64,000 nucleotides of DNA from Candidatus Kerfeldbacteria bacterium (GTDB taxonomy: Bacteria > Patescibacteriota > Patescibacteriia > UBA9570 > XYC2-FULL-38-9): assembly GCA_016182555.1 (NCBI GenBank), contig JACPGJ010000004.1, positions 78,751 through 142,750 on the forward strand, read 5' to 3'. The notes beneath the pieces were generated by a model. It saw only the letters and a list, made by a program, of their open reading frames with translations, was not told the origin of the DNA and did not search any database. Shown here piece by piece: positions 31,234 through 41,694 of the stretch (the stretch's first letter is position 1; every line of letters begins with the position of its first letter). The position numbers were made by a program, and so were the translations under genes.

Positions 31234-31635
31234 ATGAATACGAAAACGAAGAGCCTATCGATGTCCACCTGTTCCCATCTCGACGCACTCAAAGCATCGC
31301 TCGAAGTCAGGAGGCTGGCGTTTGTCGGTCACCGGATCGACCCGGAGAACAATGCATTGTGCGCTCCGAGGCTCCCCGAGCCCAATCTCGTCCGCGTCTT
31401 CGGCCGACCAGCCAATTTCGATGAATTGGTAGATGTGTGGATGAGCGACGTGGGAACGTTTATCGTAGCCCCAAAGGGAACCACGATAAAGTTCGATAAA
31501 TACACGTGGGTTCAGGTGGATGGCGAGACGCTGGAGATGGCGGCCCGGTATGAGATCGGGTTGGTCACAAGCTTATACAACAGCACGTTCTGTACGATCA
31601 TGTGGTTGCCTCCCCACATGATCAATTTTTTCTGA
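31234..31635 (+). CDS. Hypothetical protein encoded in a GC-rich (about 57%) foreign-looking segment. Its RBS lies inside the IS target duplication.
   Basis: ORF starts 5 nt after the TSD CTTAGGAGTG. Composition is distinct from the flanking DNA. Confidence 0.3.
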   Translation: MNTKTKSLSMSTCSHLDALKASLEVRRLAFVGHRIDPENNALCAPRLPEPNLVRVFGRPANFDELVDVWMSDVGTFIVAPKGTTIKFDKYTWVQVDGETLEMAARYEIGLVTSLYNSTFCTIMWLPPHMINFF

Positions 31636-31947
31636 TGCGGGGAAGGTGTGAGCGTCAGCCTTTCTGGTGCTTCGTCTGCGTTGGTAAGGAGTCCGCCTGT
31701 GCAAGACGAGTTAAGCGACTCAAGTACACGCAAGCCAATCGCGTGTGCGAGGGGTGAATGAGATTGATGCATTTTGTATCTCTCTATCATCCCTTGGCTT
31801 CTGTGCTCATCTGTCGTTGCAGGTGAATAGAGAAGGGTTCACAAGAACATTCTTGTGAGTAAACACATTCCGCAGGAAACGAAAACGAGTTTCATCGATT
31901 ATTTGTCAGCGTTAACAAAAACGAACGAGGTACCTAGTAACTATCTG

Positions 31948-32032
31948 TGGTGCCGGGGAAGAGACTCGAACTCTTATGTCTTGCGACACCAGCTCCTAAG
32001 GCTGGCGTGTATACCAATTTCACCACCCCGGC
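31948..32032 (-). tRNA. tRNA-Leu (anticodon TAG), long variable arm, encoded CCA
   Basis: Reverse complement is GCCGGGG...CCAGC-CTTAGGA-GCTGG...AAGAGTTCGAGTCTCTT-CCCCGGC-ACCA. Confidence 0.8.
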
Positions 32033-32147
32033 GAAATAACGCGTTATCAGCGTATCAAGACATGGCATTCTTGACAACTTTTTTCTGCGGAGTATGATGC
32101 GTTGTAATGGACACCAGCTCTTCTTTTGGGAGAGCTTTTGTTATTTT

Positions 32148-34091
32148 ATGAAACAGACAAACCATTCTGCGCGGTGCTCTGTTCGTGTACTTTTTGGGCT
32201 CCTTGTCCTTTTTATATTTGCCTCTGTGCGCCCTACATTCGCATGCGAAGAAGAAAGTGAAACGACAACATCAACGACCACCTATTCTTCGGCTATGCAA
32301 CTATCGGAACTCTACCCACGGCCCGCGAGCGAAGACGAAGAAGAATTTATCGAACTGTATAATTCCAGTGATGCGGTCATCGATGTGAATGGTTGGAAGG
32401 TGGCTGATGCTTCGGGTAAAACGTATGCCATCAACAGTGAACAATTCATTTCGACATCCGTAAACGGGCACGGATATTTCGTGATCCCGCAAAGTATTTC
32501 TAAAATTTACCTCAACAATGATGAAGATAGTGTAACGCTATATCAACCCAATGACACCGCGCTGGATTCGACAACATACACAGATGCAACGGAACAACAA
32601 TCGTGGTCACAGTCTAGCGGGGATTGGCAATGGTCGACAACCGTAACAGAAGGCGAAAAAAATATTATTACGGCAGTCGCTGAAGATAAGAATACGGATG
32701 CAACCGACGATGATTCCGGTGATTCGACTGATAACAGTTCCAATGACTCCACTACCAACACGCCAGAAGCAAATAGCGACGATTTTGAAACATCTACTGC
32801 CGTGAGCTTAAGCGAACTCTTACCCGACCCAACCGGTGTCGATAGCACCGATGAATGGATAGAAATTGCGAATACCGGAGACGGCGCTGTATACATTGGC
32901 GGGTGGCAACTCACGGACCAAAGTACGTATTACACGATTGGCGACCTCACAATTGCGGCCGGTGAATATTTACTTTTTGAAATTGGCGAAACGGGGATGA
33001 GTTTGAATAACAGCGGCGACACCGTTTACCTGATTGATCCGTATGGCGATATTGTGAATGGAACGCAGTATGTAAATGCACCAGAAGGAGAATCGTGGGC
33101 ACGGTTTGGTGACGACTGGCAATGGACCAACGCGCTTACTCCCGCTGAAGCAAATGCCACAAGCACCACCAGCGACGAGGGAAGCTCGAACGACAGCGAA
33201 AGTAATGATGCCAGTTCAGATAATGAAGAAGAAACTGGAGATGTTGACGTTGTTTCGATCGAATTACTTCGTACACTCGAAGATGGCCAAGGAGCGACTG
33301 TAGAAGGTGTGGTCACGGTATTGCCGGGTGTTCTTGGTTCGCAATATTTCTATATTCAAGATGATACGAGTGGCGTACAAGTCTATTCCTATTCAAAAAC
33401 ATTTCCGGAGGGGTTGGCGCTGGGTGACCGTGTGCGCGTGACTGGCGAAAAATCTACGTCGCGCGGAGAAACACGAATAAAAACATCAACGGCAGACAAT
33501 TATGTAGTGGTTGGACATGGAGAAACCGTGACGCCTCGAGATGCATCCATACTCGATGAATCGCTGGAGGGATTATTGGTGCAAGTAGAAGGATCAGTGG
33601 TGGATAGTAGTAGCACAGAGGCAAATATCGACGATCTCATCACCGTTGTATTAAAATCTTCAGCCAATATTGATAGCAGCTTATTAGAAGAAGGAAAAAA
33701 TGTGGCGGTGGTTGGCATTGTTGGACAATCGGATACTGAATATCGCTTGATGCCACGAAGTAACGATGATATTACCGAACTGGCAAGCGACGATATTGCC
33801 CTGATTCAACCGGCACAAGCGGCGACAACGGGAAACCCAGCAGCACTTTCCAGCATTATCGCGGCAAAACAGCGTAAAAATACTACCTTACTGGTGGTTG
33901 TTATTATCGCGCTGCTCGCGGTTATTAGCGGTTTGAGTATTCGCTACAAAAAAACAATCGCGGCGGCGGTCGTGGGAATAAAAAAACAGGGCACAACTTC
34001 CACAACACCTAACGCAGCGACAACCAATACAGCGACCCCAAGTAAAACCACCACTATTTTCGACATCGCGCGCAAAAAGATAGAGCAGTAG
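32148..34091 (+). CDS. Secreted lamin-tail-domain (LTD) protein with two LTD repeats, an OB-fold-like domain and a C-terminal TM anchor
   Basis: Signal peptide after MKQTNHS. LTD signatures LSELYPRPASEDEEEFIELYN and LSELLPDPTGVDSTDEWIEIAN. C-terminal TM TTLLVVVIIALLAVISGL. The listed ORF starts at 32094, but M19 is the likelier start. Confidence 0.6.
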   Translation: MKQTNHSARCSVRVLFGLLVLFIFASVRPTFACEEESETTTSTTTYSSAMQLSELYPRPASEDEEEFIELYNSSDAVIDVNGWKVADASGKTYAINSEQFISTSVNGHGYFVIPQSISKIYLNNDEDSVTLYQPNDTALDSTTYTDATEQQSWSQSSGDWQWSTTVTEGEKNIITAVAEDKNTDATDDDSGDSTDNSSNDSTTNTPEANSDDFETSTAVSLSELLPDPTGVDSTDEWIEIANTGDGAVYIGGWQLTDQSTYYTIGDLTIAAGEYLLFEIGETGMSLNNSGDTVYLIDPYGDIVNGTQYVNAPEGESWARFGDDWQWTNALTPAEANATSTTSDEGSSNDSESNDASSDNEEETGDVDVVSIELLRTLEDGQGATVEGVVTVLPGVLGSQYFYIQDDTSGVQVYSYSKTFPEGLALGDRVRVTGEKSTSRGETRIKTSTADNYVVVGHGETVTPRDASILDESLEGLLVQVEGSVVDSSSTEANIDDLITVVLKSSANIDSSLLEEGKNVAVVGIVGQSDTEYRLMPRSNDDITELASDDIALIQPAQAATTGNPAALSSIIAAKQRKNTTLLVVVIIALLAVISGLSIRYKKTIAAAVVGIKKQGTTSTTPNAATTNTATPSKTTTIFDIARKKIEQ

Positions 34092-34116
34092 CACCTTCTC
34101 TTGGCTATGCTACAAT

Positions 34117-36900
34117 ATGGGCATGGCCAAAAAGAAAAAATTTTTACTGATCGATGCGCATGCGTTAATTCACCGTGCGTTTCATGCTCTTCCCCCTCTA
34201 ACAACAAAAAACGGACGGCTGGTAAATGCGCTCTATGGTTTTTTATTGATCACCATGCGGGCATTGAAAGACATGAAACCGGACTATGTCGCAGTGACAT
34301 TTGATAGCAAGGGCGACACCTTTCGGCATAAAATATATACGGCGTATAAAGCGAACCGTACCGAAACACCAGATGAACTCATTTCCCAATTTCCGTTGGT
34401 TCGCGAAATGATGGATGCATTTGGATTTCCAACATTTGCCGTGGCTGGATACGAAGCAGATGACTTGATCGGCACCATTTGCAAGCAATATGATAAACGT
34501 GCAGATGTCGAAACCATTATCGTGACTGGCGACATGGACTTATTGCAATTAGTAGATAAAAACACCAAGGTACTCAAGGTGCACAAAGGAGTAAAAGAAA
34601 CCATTGTCTTCGATGAGGCGATGGTAAAACAGCAACTTGGCCTACGGCCAGACCAAGTGATTGACTACAAAGCACTGCGTGGAGACGCATCAGACAATAT
34701 TCCTGGTGTGCGCGGCATTGGCGAAAAGACCGCGGTGGAATTATTGCAAAAATATGATACTGTCGAAAACGTCTTCCAACATGTAGCGGATATTTCTGGC
34801 CGAGCAAGCAAACCGTTGCAACAACCCAATGCAGAAAAAGATGCGCGCCTCTCAAAAGAATTAGCGACCATTGTTCAAGACGCGCCACTAAAATTTTCTC
34901 TACAAGATGCGGCCGTTGGAAAATATGACCGCGCGCGCATCACCAACTTGTTTCAGAAATATGAATTTACATCGCTCCTTGCACAGTTAAAAAACTTACC
35001 CGGCTTTGAACAACAGATGGGTTTGTTCGCTGAGACAATACAAGAAACAGAAAATTCTACTCCGATGAAAGAACGGGCGGCGAGAGCAAAAACAATACCC
35101 GTAACACAACGCGCGCAGGGTACTGAACAGTATGAATTAGTTGAATCTGAAGAAGACATTGCCCAGCTTGCCGCAACATTAACAAAACAACAGATATTCG
35201 CTTTTGATACAGAAACAACAGGATTGAACCCATTGGATGACGCGTTGGTGGGCATGAGCTTTAGTTGGAAAGCCGGTAGAGGGTATTACGTACCAGCAAA
35301 AAATGGTCGCGTACCAAAAGAGTTAAAACATGTATTTGAAAACCCACGCATTCACAAAACCGGGCACAACACCAAGTTTGATATTGAAGTGTTGCATCAT
35401 GCTGGCGTAAACATTTCCAGTGTCAGCTTCGATACCATGATCGCCTCTTATTTACTCAACGCGGGTTCCCGTGGGCACAGCTTAGACAACCTGGCGTTTG
35501 TTGAATGTGGTTATGAAATGCAACCGATTGAAGAACTCATTGGAAAAGGAAAAAACCAAATTTCGATGCGTGACGTACCTGTAGAAAAAGTGTCCTGGTA
35601 TGCGTGTGAAGACGCTGATTTTTCGTGGCGCTTGTATGAAAAATTTTTACCCCGTGTTGAAGACAAACGAACAAAAACAGCAACACTTTTACATGATATT
35701 GAATTACCAACAATGCATGTGTTAGTCGCCATGGAAGAAGCTGGGGTAAAAATTGATACTCGGTTTCTGGCAAAGATGTCTAAAAAAATGCATGTGCGTA
35801 TTGCCGAATTAAATGAGGAAATCCAAAACTTGGCTGGCATGGAATTTAATGTCGCATCGAACGTACAGCTCAAAGAAGTGCTGTTTAAAAAAATGAATCT
35901 TTCGACCACGAAACTCAAAAAAACAAAAACTGGTGTTTCTACCGCAGCCGATGAGCTGGAAAAGCTCCGCGGGCAGCACCCGATTATCGATTTACTCTTT
36001 GAATTTCGTGAGTTGTCGAAACTCACTTCAACCTATATCGATGCATTACCTCGATTGGTGAACAAACGCACTGGCCGCATTCATACCAGCTTCAACCAAA
36101 CCATTGCCGCCACCGGTCGCTTGTCTTCCACAGATCCCAACCTACAAAATATTCCTATTCGTACCGAACTCGGCCGTGAAATCCGCAAAGCATTTATTCC
36201 TGAACACGGCAACGCGCTGCTCTCGCTCGACTATTCACAAATTGAATTGCGCATTGTCGCACACCTGGCACAAGATCGCGTGATGATGAACGCATTCAAA
36301 AACCAAGAGGACATTCATGCGCGCACGGCGGCAGAACTCAATGATGTATCGCTCGAGCAAGTCACTAAAGATATGCGGCGCGCCGCAAAAGCCATTAACT
36401 TCGGTATTCTCTACGGCATGGGCGTGCAGGGCATTATGCGCGATTCTGGCATTTCTCGTGAAGAAGCGCGTGCCTTTTTAGATAAATATTTTACTATTCA
36501 CACCGGCATTCGCGATTATATTGAACAAATTAAAACCCAAACCCACAAAGATGGGTACGCAGAAACACTGTTCGGGCGACGTCGCTATCTTCCAGACATT
36601 CGCTCCAGCAACCGCATGCTCGCGGCTCGCGCCGAACGTGCTGCCGTGAACATGCCAACGCAAGGTACAGCCGCTGATATTATGAAGCTAGCGATGATCG
36701 CGGTGCATAAAGCGATTCAAGCCGGGAAAATTCACGCGAACATGATTTTGCAAGTACATGATGAACTGGTCTTTGAGGTGGAAACCAAGCATGTGGAAAC
36801 AGAAGCGAAAAAAATAAAGAAAATGATGGAAAACGTTTACATACTCAGTGTGCCGCTCACTGTTGAGGCCGAGTACGGTGATAATTGGGGAGAATTATAA
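34117..36900 (+). CDS. polA: DNA polymerase I (5'-3' exonuclease, 3'-5' exonuclease, polymerase)
   Basis: DYSQIELR, RRAAKAINFGILYGM and QVHDELVFE motifs. N-terminal FEN-like domain. Confidence 0.95.
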   Translation: MGMAKKKKFLLIDAHALIHRAFHALPPLTTKNGRLVNALYGFLLITMRALKDMKPDYVAVTFDSKGDTFRHKIYTAYKANRTETPDELISQFPLVREMMDAFGFPTFAVAGYEADDLIGTICKQYDKRADVETIIVTGDMDLLQLVDKNTKVLKVHKGVKETIVFDEAMVKQQLGLRPDQVIDYKALRGDASDNIPGVRGIGEKTAVELLQKYDTVENVFQHVADISGRASKPLQQPNAEKDARLSKELATIVQDAPLKFSLQDAAVGKYDRARITNLFQKYEFTSLLAQLKNLPGFEQQMGLFAETIQETENSTPMKERAARAKTIPVTQRAQGTEQYELVESEEDIAQLAATLTKQQIFAFDTETTGLNPLDDALVGMSFSWKAGRGYYVPAKNGRVPKELKHVFENPRIHKTGHNTKFDIEVLHHAGVNISSVSFDTMIASYLLNAGSRGHSLDNLAFVECGYEMQPIEELIGKGKNQISMRDVPVEKVSWYACEDADFSWRLYEKFLPRVEDKRTKTATLLHDIELPTMHVLVAMEEAGVKIDTRFLAKMSKKMHVRIAELNEEIQNLAGMEFNVASNVQLKEVLFKKMNLSTTKLKKTKTGVSTAADELEKLRGQHPIIDLLFEFRELSKLTSTYIDALPRLVNKRTGRIHTSFNQTIAATGRLSSTDPNLQNIPIRTELGREIRKAFIPEHGNALLSLDYSQIELRIVAHLAQDRVMMNAFKNQEDIHARTAAELNDVSLEQVTKDMRRAAKAINFGILYGMGVQGIMRDSGISREEARAFLDKYFTIHTGIRDYIEQIKTQTHKDGYAETLFGRRRYLPDIRSSNRMLAARAERAAVNMPTQGTAADIMKLAMIAVHKAIQAGKIHANMILQVHDELVFEVETKHVETEAKKIKKMMENVYILSVPLTVEAEYGDNWGEL

Positions 36901-36909
36901 TAGAACATT

Positions 36910-38667
36910 ATGATATACAAAAAAATCTTCTTCGCTATTGGTGCGCTACTGGTATGGTTCGTTCCGGTTGCCGTTGCCGCAGAAACCGCCGTTCCGCACT
37001 CAGAAAAAATTACATCGTTTCACAGCGACATTACTGTTGAGGAAAACAGCACACTTCGTGTAACAGAAACCATTACTGTCATCGCCAATGACATAAACAT
37101 TCGCCACGGTATTTATCGAGATTTTCCAACAGTCTACCCACACCCACGCATTCCATTTTTGCGCACCACAACTGGTTTTACTGTACAAAGCGTCACCAAA
37201 AATGGTATGCCCGAACCATATACGACACGAACCGCCCCTAATGGAAAACGCGTGTATATTGGTGATGAAGTGTTGACCCTAGATCCTGGTGAGTATACGT
37301 ATGCCATCACCTATACGACCAATCATCAACTCTATTTTGGCGTAGACCATGATGAACTTTTTTGGAATGTCACAGGCAATGGCTGGTCATTTCCCATCAG
37401 CGAAGCATCGGCCACTGTTCATTTACCCTCCACCATTTCAGAAAATGACACGCTTGTACTTGATGGGTTCACCGGCGCACAAGGTGCAACAGAAAAAAAT
37501 TTCACGGCAACAGTAAACAAAAGCGGGATTCCAACGTTTAAAACAACTACTCCGCTGCTGCAAAATGAAGGCTTCAGTATTATTATCCAGTTTCCGAAAG
37601 GGCACGTGCGTGCAGAAAATATTCTTTCTCCGAACAAACTTCTGCGCGACAACCCGGAATTGCTGATCACGATCATTGTCGTATTGTATTATCTTCTATT
37701 ATGGTTTGCGATTGGCCGAGATCCACACAAAACTACGCTCATTCCTCTTTATGAACCACCGCAGAATTTATCGCCCGCTGCTGCACGCTACATTATGCGT
37801 ATGTCACCAGGCTCTGAAGATAAACGTGGCGTCGCGGCAGCAATTATTAACATGGGAGTGAAAGGCTGGATTCAACTTTCCAAAGAAGGAAAAACGTATA
37901 CGCTACATAAAATATTGAATCCAAAAAAACAAACGCCACTCTCGGCAGATGAAGAAGCTCTGTTTAATGGGTTATTTAAAACTCTCTTGAACAAATTATT
38001 TCATAACGAAAATTCCGTTGTGTTACAACAGAGTAATCATCTACATATTAGTACGGCGATTGATGCCTTTGGTGACGTGCTGCGACACACCTACAAAAAA
38101 GAAAATTTTCGTACGCATACTGGCTATTGGTTGCTTGGGTTTCTGATTGCGAGCGCAGTTTGTATTGTTCCAATTACTCTGTTCCATTCAGTAACTGCTG
38201 GCACGGGCATCCTTACGGCATTTCTGTTTATACTCGTCATCATATTCCATTTTCTGCTCAAAGCCCCAACGCGCGCCGGGCAAAAACTGCGCAGAGAAAT
38301 TGAAGGTTTCAAATGGTTTTTATCAGTCACGGAAAAAGAACGGCTCGCCTTTGCTCACCCACCCAAAAAAACACCCGAGTTGTTTGAACAATTCCTTCCC
38401 TATGCGCTGGCATTAGGCGTAGAAAATAAATGGGCGCAGCAGTTTGCAGATGTGTTTGCACAAATGGAAAAAACTGGTCAATCTTCTGGGCTTTCGTGGT
38501 ATACCGGTATGCATCTTGCCGCATTCACCAGTGGCCATGAACTCTCTTCATTTGGTTCTGCGTTAACATCCACTATTTCTTCGTCTGCCGCAACACCATC
38601 TTCTGGTCGTTCGGGTGGCGGATCCTCTGATGGTGGGGGCGGCGGCGGTGGAGGCGGTGGTTGGTAA
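36910..38667 (+). CDS. DUF2207-family membrane protein with C-terminal poly-glycine tail
   Basis: Signal peptide, large extracytoplasmic domain, 3 TM helices, terminal GGGSSDGGGGGGGGGGW. Confidence 0.6.
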   Translation: MIYKKIFFAIGALLVWFVPVAVAAETAVPHSEKITSFHSDITVEENSTLRVTETITVIANDINIRHGIYRDFPTVYPHPRIPFLRTTTGFTVQSVTKNGMPEPYTTRTAPNGKRVYIGDEVLTLDPGEYTYAITYTTNHQLYFGVDHDELFWNVTGNGWSFPISEASATVHLPSTISENDTLVLDGFTGAQGATEKNFTATVNKSGIPTFKTTTPLLQNEGFSIIIQFPKGHVRAENILSPNKLLRDNPELLITIIVVLYYLLLWFAIGRDPHKTTLIPLYEPPQNLSPAAARYIMRMSPGSEDKRGVAAAIINMGVKGWIQLSKEGKTYTLHKILNPKKQTPLSADEEALFNGLFKTLLNKLFHNENSVVLQQSNHLHISTAIDAFGDVLRHTYKKENFRTHTGYWLLGFLIASAVCIVPITLFHSVTAGTGILTAFLFILVIIFHFLLKAPTRAGQKLRREIEGFKWFLSVTEKERLAFAHPPKKTPELFEQFLPYALALGVENKWAQQFADVFAQMEKTGQSSGLSWYTGMHLAAFTSGHELSSFGSALTSTISSSAATPSSGRSGGGSSDGGGGGGGGGGW

Positions 38668-38894
38668 TGGTATTCTTGTTTGTTGAGCTAGTTTTTTGCT
38701 GCGAAAAAATAATAGACGATCTATTGGACAGTTTTATGAATAAAAAGGTTTTTTATTAGCCAAAAATAGATAAGTAAAACGTATGATTTTTTTTATAATG
38801 AACACACCTTTAGTCCTTTTACAATTTCATGTTGTTCAAATCCTGAGTCAGGACGAAGGTTTTTTTGTGAAGAAAAAAACAGAGGGGGGTCTCT

Positions 38895-39788
38895 GTGGAG
38901 AATCAATCTATGTCACTTTACGTTCGATTGGCGGTTTTTTTTCTCATTTCTTTTTGTTTTTTTTATTCGGACATCGTTGCGGCGCAGGCCGTTCCAACTA
39001 CTGCTGGCGATGACTGCGCCAGCTATATAGGTACTCTGGAGAGACTTGAAAGTGAAAAGCAGGACGAAACGGTGCGGGCAGATAGGGCGGAACAGCAAAC
39101 GGTTAGCGCGCAAAAACAGATGCAAATCATGCGGCGTCGCCTGACTGAGATCACCCGTCTCAACGCGCAGCTGCGACAAGCTGCGCTGATTGGATACAGA
39201 AAGGGCAGGGCGGAAGAGTCCGCCTATAACGCTACACTTACTCCCGTCGAGCGGGAGGTATATCTGGGGGCCGAACAGGCCAACAACTCCGACTCCTCAT
39301 CTGCAAGTGAGCCGGATCTCTACCAACCCATTTCGGTCTATGGTCTTGGGGCGACTTCCTCAACGCCCCTCGAAAAAATGAAATCATCTACGCCTCCCGT
39401 TCGAGACAACATCATTTTTGCGTGTTTGGTTACGTTGTTCTTTTGTACTGTTCTTGCTTGGCGAGAACAGCATCACTTCCAGCATCGTGAGCTGAAGAGG
39501 GTAGTGACAGAAAATCGAAAGTTGAAGAAGATATCTGTACACGCCCTTCGTCTGAGCCATGCGCGCGCCGGGCACAATGGATTTTACCAGGATCTTGCTA
39601 GAAGTCTGCAAGCTATCCAGGCCACGGTTACCGAAGTGGCTTGTGGACTTCGGGGAAAAAATGAAATTTACGTTTTCAGGCAACGTATGGTCTGGGTATC
39701 CGCTACGCTCAACATTTGTGTTGAGCAAGTGACCACCCAAATACAAAAACTGGCTCCGGGTGGAGCTATTCCAGAGGAGGCGACATGA
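38895..39788 (+). CDS. Hypothetical secreted protein in a GC-rich block
   Basis: Signal peptide. GC about 55% from about 38990, versus about 42% in the flanks. Confidence 0.35.
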   Translation: MENQSMSLYVRLAVFFLISFCFFYSDIVAAQAVPTTAGDDCASYIGTLERLESEKQDETVRADRAEQQTVSAQKQMQIMRRRLTEITRLNAQLRQAALIGYRKGRAEESAYNATLTPVEREVYLGAEQANNSDSSSASEPDLYQPISVYGLGATSSTPLEKMKSSTPPVRDNIIFACLVTLFFCTVLAWREQHHFQHRELKRVVTENRKLKKISVHALRLSHARAGHNGFYQDLARSLQAIQATVTEVACGLRGKNEIYVFRQRMVWVSATLNICVEQVTTQIQKLAPGGAIPEEAT

Positions 39789-40031
39789 AGCAAAAATTCA
39801 CCGAAACCCTGAACAGGAGAAAGCATGAAAGAAAAAAACCGGCCAGGCGCCGGAGAGCATTAGAAAATTAGCGGAAAAAATAGCATCGGGCACCTATTCT
39901 TCCGCGCCCCGCCGTCTTGACCAACTGGACAAGTAGTGGGGATTTTTTTATATTTGATGAAACTATTTCGCTGAGAAAGAAAGACAAATATCCTAGAAAG
40001 TATCCTGTTTGTTGTGCTTAACTTTACTACT

Positions 40032-40487
40032 TCATAGATAATCTTTCAAACACACAACCTGAATATCTTTTACTTTTTTCAATGCTCTATCGTTCGTGAT
40101 GAATAGACTTGCACCGCTTCGAATACTACAGGCAAGATGTAATGCATCTGGTAGAAGTATACGATACTCTGCGCGAATCTGTGCAGCAATCTTTGCAACC
40201 GCATAATCAACATCGATAAGAGAAAACTGCGGCAACGCAGAAAATACTTGTTCATACAGCGCAATCGTTTCAATGTCTTTCTTCATAAACGGTTGAACAA
40301 ACACTTCGCTGACCAATAGGCTCGAAGCGGTAATAAAAATTTTTTCGCGTGTCAATAATTCAAAAATAACCGAACAGAGGGGCTCGAATTGTGGATGTTG
40401 TTCAAATTGATAAATAAAAATACTTGCATCAACACCAATATTTTTGTGTTTTGACAATACTCGTTTGAATGCGGCTATTTTTGCCAT
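40032..40487 (-). CDS. PIN-domain toxin (VapC-like)
   Basis: GVDASIFIY, ITASSLLVSE and DALHLACS..FITND acidic residues. Start taken at MAKIAAFK. Confidence 0.6.
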   Translation of the reverse strand: MAKIAAFKRVLSKHKNIGVDASIFIYQFEQHPQFEPLCSVIFELLTREKIFITASSLLVSEVFVQPFMKKDIETIALYEQVFSALPQFSLIDVDYAVAKIAAQIRAEYRILLPDALHLACSIRSGASLFITNDRALKKVKDIQVVCLKDYL

Positions 40488-40738
40488 TCTTTTTTCAGCT
40501 GCTTCAAATACATATCCGTATCTACACCTTCCCATACGCGTTTTCCAAGACCGGAAAGATGTTGTGCCCAATTTTTTGGGCGACGTGAAACCAAAACCAT
40601 TGGCTCTGCGTTTGTACGAATAATTTGCCAAATCAGTTCTTCGTGCATTTTGATTCCTAATTCTTGACGAATAGCCGCGGGAATCACCGTTTGATATTTT
40701 GTAGTAATGCTACTTTGTGAGGTAAGACTTTTTTTCAT
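40475..40738 (-). CDS. AbrB/SpoVT/MazE-type antitoxin (VapB-like)
   Basis: KYQTVIPAAIRQELGI swapped-hairpin motif. Start MKKSL at 40738. Overlaps the PIN gene. Confidence 0.55.
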   Translation of the reverse strand: MKKSLTSQSSITTKYQTVIPAAIRQELGIKMHEELIWQIIRTNAEPMVLVSRRPKNWAQHLSGLGKRVWEGVDTDMYLKQLKKEWQK

Positions 40739-40851
40739 ATGTCTTACTTTAACAAATCTAACGAGTTGTGTCAAAAAAAATCTCTCGGCCGAACGTGGTG
40801 GTGTTCGCGTTGGCTGCGTACATTTGTGTGCCGCAGCGCCGAGAGGTTGCT

Positions 40852-41430
40852 CTAAAACGTGATCTTCGCCCCGCCGAGCACGCGGAGCGAGGGGTCGTCG
40901 TGGCTGACCAAGGGCGCCAGCCAAAACGTGAAGCGCCCGGGGGTAAGCTGGAAACGCAAGCCGCTCCCAGCACCTGCACGGGACATGACACCGACCTTCA
41001 GCCACGTAAGCGGGGTATTCGCAAGAATCTGGCTATGATACCAGAAACCCGAACCGCCCCACTCGACCGTGGCGAACGCCGAGCCATAACGATTCCACAT
41101 TGCCGCCGAGGCATTCAACCTCAGCGGCATGCTCGCCTGCTCGAACCCTGCGCCGAGCGCGACCTGCGACCAGTTTGTGAGCGCAAATGTCGCACCACCA
41201 TACGCTTCCGCCCATTTCGGCGTAACGAGCACCCAACCGTAGGCGCCGATTCGCCCACGAGCCGGCTGGAACGTCGCATACACGTCCAGCATCGGTTTGC
41301 AGCCATCGGTTGTGCACAGCGTCTGCGCCTCGAACGACCACTTGGTTTTCGAGACGACCGGTTCTTCAGCACGGACGATGGTGGTGCAGGCGAAGAGCAG
41401 CACGAGAGCGAGAAAAATTTTTTTGGCCAT
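40852..41430 (-). CDS. Outer-membrane-protein-like beta-barrel (signal peptide, alternating amphipathic strands, C-terminal Phe) in a GC-rich block
   Basis: MAKKIFLALVLLFACTTIVRA signal peptide, terminal ...GGAKITF. GC about 60%. The antisense ORF 40768..41472 is judged spurious. Confidence 0.35.
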   Translation of the reverse strand: MAKKIFLALVLLFACTTIVRAEEPVVSKTKWSFEAQTLCTTDGCKPMLDVYATFQPARGRIGAYGWVLVTPKWAEAYGGATFALTNWSQVALGAGFEQASMPLRLNASAAMWNRYGSAFATVEWGGSGFWYHSQILANTPLTWLKVGVMSRAGAGSGLRFQLTPGRFTFWLAPLVSHDDPSLRVLGGAKITF

Positions 41431-41694
41431 TGCTGGCCTCCTTTCTCAAACGACTTTCTCCTCCGCAGCTGAGAACACCTCAACTACTAAAGAAGAACAG
41501 ATGAGATTACGTTAAAAATACAAAATTGTCAATCATTTTATGATGACAATTTTATTATGATTCATGTAAATGATCTAAAATTAGCCAAAAAGTTATCCAT
41601 ACGGAAAATTTTGACTCGACAAATAATACTTATTTTGCTATCATTAAAATAATGACAAAATAAAATTGACTAATCTTCGCCTAAAATCCCCTCT

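Noticed and set aside
34243-36663. Several 60-170-aa - strand ORFs inside polA
   Set aside because: Embedded antisense frames of a well-supported long gene.
40768-41472. 234-aa Arg-rich + strand ORF
   Set aside because: Antisense to the better-supported signal-peptide/beta-barrel ORF in a GC-rich block. Typical spurious open frame in high-GC DNA.
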